Shown here in pieces: positions 27,801-36,488 of a stretch of 38,489 nucleotides of DNA. The stretch is from Chloroflexota bacterium (GTDB lineage Bacteria; Chloroflexota; Limnocylindria; Limnocylindrales; CSP1-4). Where the stretch lies: the NCBI GenBank assembly GCA_025935655.1, contig JAICUV010000002.1, positions 1 through 38,489 on the forward strand, given 5' to 3'. The notes beneath the pieces are model-generated. The model was not told the origin of the DNA. It worked only from the letters and a program-made list of their open reading frames with translations, and ran no database searches. Numbering within the stretch: position 1 is the first letter of the stretch; each line of letters starts with the position of its first letter. Both the position numbers and the translations under genes were made by a program.

Positions 27801-28313
27801 TCGCGCCCACGCGCGGTGGAGCTGGCGACGGCGGTGATGGAGGACCCCGTGGCCGATTGCCGAGGCGGTTGCGCCGCCCGGCAGTCGGCCGACGCCCTCG
27901 GCGAGCGACCAGGCGGCGTGGTGCTCGACCTGCTCGGCGAGTGCCGCGACCGCCGCTGCCGTCGCCCGCTCGAGCGACTCGCCGCGCTCGATCGCGTGGG
28001 CGAACACGGCCTCGGCATGGTGTCGGGCGGCGGTCTTGCGGATCCCGGGTCCGGCCGCTGCGTCGGGAGTCGCGGTTCCGTCGCGTCCGAGCACGGCCGT
28101 CGCCAGGCGCGTCCACTCGCCGACGTACCACGAGTCGGGGCGTCGGGCGCCGGATCCGCCGCGGGCCGCACGGCTGCCGCCGTCCCCTCGGCCCACGGTC
28201 GCGCCCAGCGTCGAGATCGCCTTCACGCGGACCCGGCGCAGCGCGCCGCCGCGCGTCTCCGCCCGGGACAGGTCGGCCAGGAGGTGGCGGATCCTGACCC
28301 GGCGTCCGCTCAT
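24831..28313 (-). CDS. four-module fusion protein: unknown helical N-domain + pyruvyl-transferase-like + GT8 glycosyltransferase + TylF/MycF-type O-methyltransferase
   Basis: A single frame with no stop.
- Pyruvyl-transferase-like motifs: GNLGDY (27417-27434), GCRDW...FFSGCLTST, VVTGRLHAYLPLTSLGVPV.
- GT8 motifs: VLAYDQN, DxD in YLDVDT (26061-26069), NAGVLVMDL, HWASFGKPW.
- TylF motifs: IEAGTARGGSA and HLDGDWYAST (25008-25022).
Start set at ATG 28313, because the ORF-track start overlaps the divergent DGPF gene. Confidence 0.75.
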   Translation of the reverse strand: MSGRRVRIRHLLADLSRAETRGGALRRVRVKAISTLGATVGRGDGGSRAARGGSGARRPDSWYVGEWTRLATAVLGRDGTATPDAAAGPGIRKTAARHHAEAVFAHAIERGESLERATAAAVAALAEQVEHHAAWSLAEGVGRLPGGATASAIGHGVLHHRRRQLHRAWARFRDLDPATLAATVPVEAVDAALADGTDDGLAVAMAVSVPDRSMDAAVAVDLAGRFLAMGHRAPTAALVEELRKRPALELDDRRRYALALIERWLEPAPAQVPPGSIPIGILDYKSPDHVLTSGNLGDYIQTLSLVGNIARLVDVTITGEGGLGEVATELQGRVRADLRRPGVGGALHLIPVDRDFSTGRDVPDGTWLIAFGWHMHSLFDLRYDFPYHPAIRPLFLSFHVNRLDMLSDAALAYLRAHGPVGCRDWTTVFLLLGAGVDAFFSGCLTSTVDSLFPTRSEAYRGGGAVGVIDQPPSAAGRNARTVRTYGHQSDEYRYLTAAEGLRAADRALADYQRDLDRVVTGRLHAYLPLTSLGVPVEFRTRNPGDVRFAGLTGMQPGDLRLDEMREGIRDLTAAVFERILGGATASEVYELWRELTAARVEEAKARFAEPVEDEPTTIDVAAAVAVTAAARRRFGPHDAVDPGAVTDVVLAYDQNLTTPAAVLIESIVANASGPLRLWVLSRGLSDAYQSWLAGAFPSLPITFLPCDTISFGGTDGRPRRVPAHITVSTMDRLLLPDILTEVARVVYLDVDTLMFGDVCELAATDLGGFPVAARDSNVSEASQWQRAGRGLEEPLATELRRRVSHAHGFGHPALNAGVLVMDLDRMRRDRFTSTYLGWVERYGLHDQDTMLGYLGPRRGLVDPRWNVMPVLEDVAEPKLIHWASFGKPWDAALTFEQTRWREVAARLRERAGDAPAGGDERIGPAGSLHNPVELGPVTSPLGPEIERVIAGVRAEHLSYLDVTSLRTLAAMVQAVEADGIEGLVIEAGTARGGSAITLAAAKAPGRRMKVYDVFGMIPPPSEKDGEDVHKRYATIVAGRSQGVGGDTYYGYRDELLAEVTDSFVRHGLPVGPSNVDLVQGRFEDTLVLDEPVAFAHLDGDWYASTMTCLTRIAPLLAIGGRIVVDDYDTWSGCRTAVHEYFSGRPGYRFERRGRLHIVRT

Positions 28314-28500
28314 CGCGTGGGCCGCCGCCGGGGCGTGGGATCGGCCTGCCGTGCCGAACAACGCGATCCCGTCGGAAGACGCACCTGCCACCTCTGCTTG
28401 GGCCGCGGCGATCCGACGGCTCGGTCGGAGAGTGTACCGGTGGGTCCGTGACGGCTGCGTCAGCGCCGCCCGGGATCGTGCGCCGCCGCGCCGCGGACGA

Positions 28501-28527
28501 TGTCGATTCCGGCGGTCCGCGTTCGTC
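28501..28527 (+). promoter_or_regulatory. ECF-type promoter candidate TGTCGA-N17-CGTC upstream of the DGPF-sigma operon
   Basis: TGTCGA at 28501-28506 and CGTC at 28524-28527, about 55 nt before ATG 28581. From memory, TGTCGA / CGTC is the motif reported for ECF42 autoregulated promoters. A TACGAT hexamer at 28530-28535 is an alternative -10. Confidence 0.4.
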
Positions 28528-28580
28528 GCTACGATGCACGGGCCGGACGGGCCGGCCTGCTGGACCGGACAGGAGACCGC

Positions 28581-28928
28581 ATGCGTTACCTGCTGCTGAT
28601 CGCGAGCGAGCCGCCCGCCACCCCGCCGAGCGACGCGGACTGGGCCGCGATGCTCGAGCAGTACAACGAGTTCGGGGCGTGGGCCGGCGAGAAGGGCTGG
28701 GTGCTGGGGGGCGAGGCCCTGGAGGACGTGTCCACGGCAACGACCGTGAGCATCCGGGACGGGCAGCGGATCGTGACCGACGGGCCGTTCGCCGAGACGA
28801 AGGAGCACCTGGGCGGCTACTACGTCATCGACGTCCCCAGCCTCGACGACGCGATCGAGACGGCGTTCCGGATCCCGGGTGCGTCCATCGGCAGGATCGA
28901 GATCCGCCCGATCAAGGAGTTCGGCTGA
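28581..28928 (+). CDS. YCII-related / DGPF domain protein
   Basis: DGPFAETKEHLGGYYVIDV signature; about 115 aa. AGGAG SD lies 6 nt upstream of ATG 28581. Confidence 0.85.
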   Translation: MRYLLLIASEPPATPPSDADWAAMLEQYNEFGAWAGEKGWVLGGEALEDVSTATTVSIRDGQRIVTDGPFAETKEHLGGYYVIDVPSLDDAIETAFRIPGASIGRIEIRPIKEFG

Positions 28929-30205
28929 GCGCAGCCCACGGCGAGGTCGTCGCGCGGGTCTTCCGCGAGGAGCACGGACGGGCCATCGCCACGCTGATCC
29001 GGGTCCTCGGCGACTTCGACCTCGCCGAGGAGGCGGTCGCGGACGCGTACGTCACGGCGCTCGAGCGCTGGCCGGCCGACGGCGTCCCGAACAACCCGGG
29101 GGCATGGATCACGACGACCGCTCGCAACCGTGCCATCGACCGGGTCCGCCGCGACCGCGTCTTCGCGGGCAAGGCGGCACTCGTGGCGCGTGACGCGGCG
29201 TTCGACGCCTCGGCCCGCCGGGGCGCGCTGCTGGCGGCGGTGGAGGACGAGATGCACCCGATCCCGGACGACCAGCTGCGCCTGATCTTCACCTGCTGTC
29301 ACCCGGCGCTCGCGCCCGAGACCGCCGTGGCGCTGACGCTGCGGACGCTGGGCGGGCTGACGACGCCGGAGATCGCCCGGGCGTTCCTCGTGCCGGAGCC
29401 GACGCTCGCCCAGCGGCTCGTGCGGGCGAAGAAGAAGATCCGCGACGCCGGGATCGCGTACGAGGTCCCCACCGGGGACCGCCTGGCCGACCGGCTGGAC
29501 GCCGTGCTGCGCGTGCTCTATCTCGTGTTCAACGAGGGCTACGACGCCTCGTCCGGGGACGCGCTCATCCGGCGCGACCTGTGTGCCGAGGCGATCCGCC
29601 TCGCCCGGGTCGTGGCGACGCTGATGCCGTCCGAGCCCGAGGCGCTGGGCCTGCTCGCCCTGCTGCTCCTCACCGACGCGCGGCGGCCGGCACGCGAGGG
29701 CCCGTCGGGCGAGCTCGTGCGGCTCGAGGACCAGGATCGTGGGCGGTGGTCGCGGCCGGCGATCGTCGAGGGTGCCGCGCTCGTCGAGCGTGCGCTGCGC
29801 ATGGGTCGCGTCGGGCCGTACCAGCTCCAGGCGGCGATCGCGGCCGTCCACGACGAGGCGCCGACGGCCGCGGCGACGGACTGGGCGCAGATCCTCGGGC
29901 TGTACGAGGTGCTCCTGCGCGTCGCCCCGTCGCCCGTCGTCGCGCTCAATCGCGCGGTCGCGGTCGCCGAGGTGTCGGGTCCGGCCGCCGGGCTGGCCGC
30001 GGTCGACGCCATGGCCGGCGACCCGTCGCTCGACGGCTACCGGTACTTCCACTCGGCGCGCGCGGATCTCCTGCGGCGCCTGGGGCGCTGGGCCGAGGCC
30101 GCGGACGCCTACGGGCGCGCGCTCGAGCTGGCCGAGAACGGCCCCGAGCGAGCGTTCCTCGAGCGCCGGATCGCGGAGGTCCGCGCTCGCGGGACCGCGG
30201 GCTGA
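28925..30205 (+). CDS. ECF sigma factor with long C-terminal TPR-like extension (ECF42-type)
   Basis: Region 2: FREEHGRAIATLIRVLGDFDLAEEAVADAYVTALERW...NPGAWITTTARNRAIDRVRR. Region 4: TPEIARAFLVPEPTLAQRLVRAKKKI. A helical extension of about 200 aa follows. The 5' end is provisional: the only start-like codon is CTG 28925, overlapping the DGPF stop. Confidence 0.8.
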   Translation: MSAAHGEVVARVFREEHGRAIATLIRVLGDFDLAEEAVADAYVTALERWPADGVPNNPGAWITTTARNRAIDRVRRDRVFAGKAALVARDAAFDASARRGALLAAVEDEMHPIPDDQLRLIFTCCHPALAPETAVALTLRTLGGLTTPEIARAFLVPEPTLAQRLVRAKKKIRDAGIAYEVPTGDRLADRLDAVLRVLYLVFNEGYDASSGDALIRRDLCAEAIRLARVVATLMPSEPEALGLLALLLLTDARRPAREGPSGELVRLEDQDRGRWSRPAIVEGAALVERALRMGRVGPYQLQAAIAAVHDEAPTAAATDWAQILGLYEVLLRVAPSPVVALNRAVAVAEVSGPAAGLAAVDAMAGDPSLDGYRYFHSARADLLRRLGRWAEAADAYGRALELAENGPERAFLERRIAEVRARGTAG

Positions 30206-30449
30206 CACCGCCCGATGCGCCTCCGCCGCGAACGTGCCGGTGGGCGCCCGTGTCGGTCGGTCGACCGGGATCCGAAGGCACCGTCCATCGTGTCTGCGCG
30301 CGCGAGTCACGTCAGACTCGGATCGATGGGTCCGGTGCGTGATCCCGTCGTCGAACCCGCGTTTCGCGACGTGGGCACGCACAGGGGCGCGCGAGCGAGT
30401 CCGTGGCGACTCGGGAGCGGGCGACCCTTGCGCCACCACGGACGCGTGC

Positions 30450-30836
30450 TCAGCCCGCCTGCGGGACCTCCGCCATGAGCCCGATGTTGTTGTCGTCCGG
30501 GTCCTTCGTGAACGCCATCCACAGCTCGTTCGTGCCGTCGCGATGGACGACGTGCGCCGGGTGCGTGAACACGACCCCGCGGCCCTCGAGCGCCGTGACG
30601 GCGGCCGCGATGTCCGGGACGCGGAAGTACAGCGTCGCGCGGCCGCGGAAGTCGGGCGCCTCGGGCTCGGCGAGGTAGAGGCGGACGCCGTCCGCGTCGA
30701 AGAACGCCATGTGCGGGAACGCGAACAGGAAGCGCATCCCCAGCGCGTCGCGATAGAAGGCCGTCGCCCGCTCCGCGTCGCGGACGGGGATCATGACCTG
30801 GCCGATCGTGGCCAGGCCGAACGTCGTCTCGGTCAT
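30450..30836 (-). CDS. VOC-family protein (glyoxalase / bleomycin-resistance / dioxygenase fold)
   Basis: 128 aa; IGQVMIPVRDAERATAFYRDALGM and the paired beta-alpha-beta-beta-beta pattern. Its ATG overlaps the marR stop (ATGA). Confidence 0.8.
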   Translation of the reverse strand: MTETTFGLATIGQVMIPVRDAERATAFYRDALGMRFLFAFPHMAFFDADGVRLYLAEPEAPDFRGRATLYFRVPDIAAAVTALEGRGVVFTHPAHVVHRDGTNELWMAFTKDPDDNNIGLMAEVPQAG

Positions 30837-31297
30837 CGGGAAGCCTCCGGTTCGAGGTGTTCGAGGACGTCGAGGGCGCGCTCGAGCGCGTCCAGCTGGT
30901 CGGGGGTGAGCGTGTCGAGGTCCGCGGCGAGGCGCTCGATGCGGCGGGCCCGGCCGCGCTCCATGAGCCGGCGTCCGTCCGGGGTCACCGTCAGGCGGAC
31001 CTGGCGGCGATCGCCCTCGACGGCGGTCCGGCCGACGAGCCCGTCCCGGACGAGGGCGTCCACGATCCGGGTCATCGTGGGCGTCGCGACGCCCTCCCGG
31101 CGGGCGAGCGCGCCGAGCGACTGCGGCCCGCCATAGACGAGCACGCTCAGGGCGGACAGGCGGGCGCCCGTGACGCCGTCCGCGCCGTCGTCGCGCGAGA
31201 TCCGCCGCAGCAGGTGGATCGCGGCCGAGTTGAGCCGGTTGGCGACCTCGACGTGGCGCTCCGCCGGCAGGTCCTCGGGGAGGGGACGACGCGGCAC
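30833..31297 (-). CDS. MarR-family transcriptional regulator
   Basis: Winged-helix segment LSALSVLVYGGPQSLGALARREGVATPTMTRIVDALVRDGLVGR...DRRQVRLTVTPDG; GTG start at 31297. Confidence 0.85.
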   Translation of the reverse strand: MPRRPLPEDLPAERHVEVANRLNSAAIHLLRRISRDDGADGVTGARLSALSVLVYGGPQSLGALARREGVATPTMTRIVDALVRDGLVGRTAVEGDRRQVRLTVTPDGRRLMERGRARRIERLAADLDTLTPDQLDALERALDVLEHLEPEASR

Positions 31298-31321
31298 CGG
31301 ATCTCCATAGGGTGGCTAACT

Positions 31322-31336
31322 GGTAGCAATGCTACC
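31322..31336. promoter_or_regulatory. perfect 7-1-7 palindrome GGTAGCA-A-TGCTACC (MarR operator candidate)
   Basis: It lies in the 86-bp divergent intergenic region between marR (start 31297) and the uvrA paralogue (start 31384), in a local AT-enriched patch. Confidence 0.55.
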
Positions 31337-31383
31337 GATCCGCCACCGGGTGTCAACCCGTCCGGCTGTGGCAGGATCACGGT

Positions 31384-33744
<2,361 letters not shown>

Positions 33745-33776
33745 ACCGGCGGCGTTCGTCGTGCCGGCGCTGACGT

Positions 33777-33794
33777 GCGGCTGCACGCAGCCGC
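33777..33794. terminator. short GC hairpin between the convergent uvrA-like and transporter genes
   Basis: gcggctgc-ac-gcagccgc inverted repeat in the 84-bp gap between the two stop codons. No U-tract. Confidence 0.3.
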
Positions 33795-33828
33795 CGCCCG
33801 GCTTCACGCCGGCGCCATGGCCGGTTCG

Positions 33829-35181
33829 CTACCCCACCGACACCCCGAGCGCGCCGAGCAGCGTCACCCCGAGCAGGATCGCGTTGAGCGCGACGACGAG
33901 CGACACCGCCCCCCAGGCGAGCACGTTGCCCCAGCGCCCGTTGACGTAGGCCCCCATCAGCCGCTTGTCGTTCACCAGCAGCACGAGGAACACGAGCACG
34001 ATCGGGAGGAGCAGGCCCTGCAGGTTCTGGGACCCGACGATGATCCCGACGAGGGATCCCTCGGGCACGAGGAGCACCACGATCGCGCCCAGCGCCAGCA
34101 CGAACGTGTAGATCCCGAAGAACACGGGCGCGTCGCTGAACCGCTTGCCCACGCCGCTCTCCCAGCCGAAGGCCTCGCAGATCACGAACGCCGTGGAGAT
34201 CGGCATGATCGTCGCCGCCAGCACCGAGGCCCCGAACAGCCCGATCCCGAACAGCACCTCGGCGAAGGGGCCGGCGACCGGTTCCAGCGCCTTGGCGGCG
34301 TCCGCGGCCGACGTGATCGTGAGCGCCGCCCCGCCGGCCACGACCGCGGCCGCGGTGGCCACCACGATGAACACCGCGATGACGTTGGTCCAGACGGACC
34401 CGACGACCGCGTCTGCCTGCTCGAGCCGCAGCTCCTCCTCGCCGATGCCCTTCTCCGCCACCGCGCTCTGCAGGTAGAACTGCATGTACGGGGTGATGGT
34501 CGTGCCGACGACGGCGACGAGCAGCAGCAGCGTCGCGGGGTCGAGCGGCAGCGTCGGGGTCACGAACGCCTTGAACACGGGCGTCCAGTCGTCGGTCGCC
34601 ATGATCGCGGCGATGGGGTAGGCGAGGAACACCAGCATCACGAGCAGGAACACGCGCTCCACGATCCGGTACGACCCGAACAGCACCAGGCTCCAGATCG
34701 CGACAGCCACCACCGGGACCGTGACGATCTTGGGGATGCCGAAGATGTCCAGCGCCGCCGCCGCGCCGGCCATGTTCGCGATCGTGTTGGCGACGTTCGC
34801 CAGCAGCAGCACGCCCATCGCGAACACGGTCCAGCGGACCCCGAACCGCTCCCGGATCAGGTCGGACAGGCCCTGCCCCGTGATGACGCCGAGCCGCGCC
34901 ACCATCTCCTGGACGATCGCGAGGATCAGGATCGTCAGCGGGAAGATCCAGAGCATCGTGAGGCCCGTCTCGGCGCCCAGCACGGAATAGGTCGTGAGGC
35001 CACCGGCGTCGTTGCCGGCGACGCCCGCGATGATCCCGGGTCCCATGACGGCGAGGAACGCGAGCAGCCCGCGGCGGCGGAAGCGGCCGCGGAGACGCGG
35101 GACGGGAACGTCCGGGAGGCGCGAGGCGACCCGGCCGCGCTGCGCGACCACCATGTCCCGCAGGCCCCGCCCGATGGTCAC
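33829..35181 (-). CDS. NRAMP-fold cation transporter with non-canonical metal site (NRMT-like candidate, not a typical MntH)
   Basis: NRAMP signatures QEMVARLGVITGQGLSDLIRERF and LFGIGLFGASVLAA, with 11-12 TM helices. TM1 reads NDAGG (34999-35013) instead of DPGN. TM6 reads GTTITPY (34486-34506) instead of GAxxMPH. GTG 35181 overlaps the upstream stop (GTGA); ATG 35154 is the alternative. Confidence 0.8.
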   Translation of the reverse strand: MTIGRGLRDMVVAQRGRVASRLPDVPVPRLRGRFRRRGLLAFLAVMGPGIIAGVAGNDAGGLTTYSVLGAETGLTMLWIFPLTILILAIVQEMVARLGVITGQGLSDLIRERFGVRWTVFAMGVLLLANVANTIANMAGAAAALDIFGIPKIVTVPVVAVAIWSLVLFGSYRIVERVFLLVMLVFLAYPIAAIMATDDWTPVFKAFVTPTLPLDPATLLLLVAVVGTTITPYMQFYLQSAVAEKGIGEEELRLEQADAVVGSVWTNVIAVFIVVATAAAVVAGGAALTITSAADAAKALEPVAGPFAEVLFGIGLFGASVLAATIMPISTAFVICEAFGWESGVGKRFSDAPVFFGIYTFVLALGAIVVLLVPEGSLVGIIVGSQNLQGLLLPIVLVFLVLLVNDKRLMGAYVNGRWGNVLAWGAVSLVVALNAILLGVTLLGALGVSVG

Positions 35182-36488
35182 CCGCGGCCCTCGCCGGCCG
35201 CGGCCGGCGTCTTCGGCTCGTCGTCGCGGTCCGCGCGCGCGAACACGCGCGGCAGGCGTCGCCGCCACGCGCTGGGCGCGACGGTGTCGATGGCGTCGTC
35301 CACGGTGACGATCCCCACGAGCAGCCCCTCGTCGTCGACGACCGGCACCGCGAGCAGGTTGTAGTGGGCGATGGTCTCCGCCACGGACTCGGCGGGCTCG
35401 AGAACCCCGACCGCGACCGGGCCGTCGATCATCACGTCCGCGACCGCGGACTCCGGCCGGGCGACGATGAGGTCGCGCAGCGACAGGACGCCCACCAGGC
35501 GCCCGTCGTCGTCGGTGACGTAGACGTAATAGATCGTCTCGGCGTCGGGCTCGAGCTCGCGCAGCTTCTCGATCGTCTGGGCCGCCGTGAGCTCCGCCGG
35601 GACGGCGACGAACTCCGTGGTCATGAGGCCGCCCGCCGAGTCCTCCGGGAACGCCAGCAGGTCACGGACCTCGTCCGCCTCGTCGCTCTCCATGAGGGCG
35701 AGGATCTCGTCGCGCGAGCGGTCGGACAGGTCGGCCACGAGGTCCGCGGCGTCGTCCGGGCTCATCTCCTCGAGGATGTCGGCGGCCCGGCCCGGCTCGA
35801 GGTCCTCCAGGACCTCCACCTGGGTGTCCGGCTCCATCTCCTCGACCACGTCGGCCAGCGCCTCGTCGTCCAGCGTGGCGAGCACGCCCAGCCGGTCGCG
35901 CGGCGTCAGCTCCTCGATGATCGCGGCGAGGTCCGCCGGGTGGAGCTCCGCGAGCTTCGCGTGCGGGACGCGCAGGCGGACGGAGGCGATCGTGGAGTCG
36001 AGCGGGTCCACGTCCTCCCAGTCGATGTACCGCTCGGGCACGCCGGCGCGGACGTTGCGCGCGATCGTCCGGAACGCGCCCTCCAGCCCGAGCCGCCGGA
36101 ACAGGCCCGCCGCCCCGACGTCGACGGCGACCACCCGCAGGCGACCCTCGACCTCGTCGAGGCTGACGTCGTTGACCCGGATGACCTTGCGCCCCTCGAT
36201 GTCGACGATCTGCTTGTCCAGCAGGTCGGCCTTGAGCAGGATCTCGTCCTGGCGCTGCCGGAACTTGCCGATGTCGATGGTCCGGACGCGCAGCAGCGCG
36301 CCGGTCTCGTCGAGGGTCCGGACGTTGTGCCAGGGCAGGAAGATGTTCCGGCGGTCGGTGCGCGCGACGAGGCCGGTGACCGGCGGGTATCGGTCACCGA
36401 TGGCCACGATGAGGTCGGCGATCGTGCCGAGCGGCTCGCCGGACGGGTCGCGTACCGGCAGGCCGATGCACTGGCTGAGGAAGCGCAT
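35178..36488 (-). CDS. soluble PRC-barrel + MgtE N-domain + CBS-pair protein (MgtE cytoplasmic module without pore)
   Basis: PRC-like N-terminus (IGLPVRDPSGEPLGTIADLIV; IVDIEGRKVIRVNDVSL). MgtE_N acidic helices (LHPADLAAIIEEL...EEMEPDTQVEVLEDLEPGRAADILEEMSPDDAADLVADL). Two CBS motifs (GGLMTTEFVAVP...GRLVGVLSLRDLI; LLAVPVVDDEGLLVGIVTVDDAI). No hydrophobic helix after the CBS pair. Confidence 0.82.
   Translation of the reverse strand: MRFLSQCIGLPVRDPSGEPLGTIADLIVAIGDRYPPVTGLVARTDRRNIFLPWHNVRTLDETGALLRVRTIDIGKFRQRQDEILLKADLLDKQIVDIEGRKVIRVNDVSLDEVEGRLRVVAVDVGAAGLFRRLGLEGAFRTIARNVRAGVPERYIDWEDVDPLDSTIASVRLRVPHAKLAELHPADLAAIIEELTPRDRLGVLATLDDEALADVVEEMEPDTQVEVLEDLEPGRAADILEEMSPDDAADLVADLSDRSRDEILALMESDEADEVRDLLAFPEDSAGGLMTTEFVAVPAELTAAQTIEKLRELEPDAETIYYVYVTDDDGRLVGVLSLRDLIVARPESAVADVMIDGPVAVGVLEPAESVAETIAHYNLLAVPVVDDEGLLVGIVTVDDAIDTVAPSAWRRRLPRVFARADRDDEPKTPAAAGEGRG

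Noticed and set aside
24846-28451. 1201-aa plus-strand ORF antisense to the four-module fusion gene
   Set aside because: It has no recognisable motif and an extreme Arg/Asp/Glu/Val/His composition typical of the antisense frame of a high-G/C-third-position gene. The opposite strand carries three unmistakable enzyme domains.
28448-28924. Upstream extension of the sigma-factor ORF to ATG 28448
   Set aside because: It would overlap the whole DGPF gene out of frame and add about 160 non-sigma, low-complexity residues. Sigma region 2 homology starts right after 28925.
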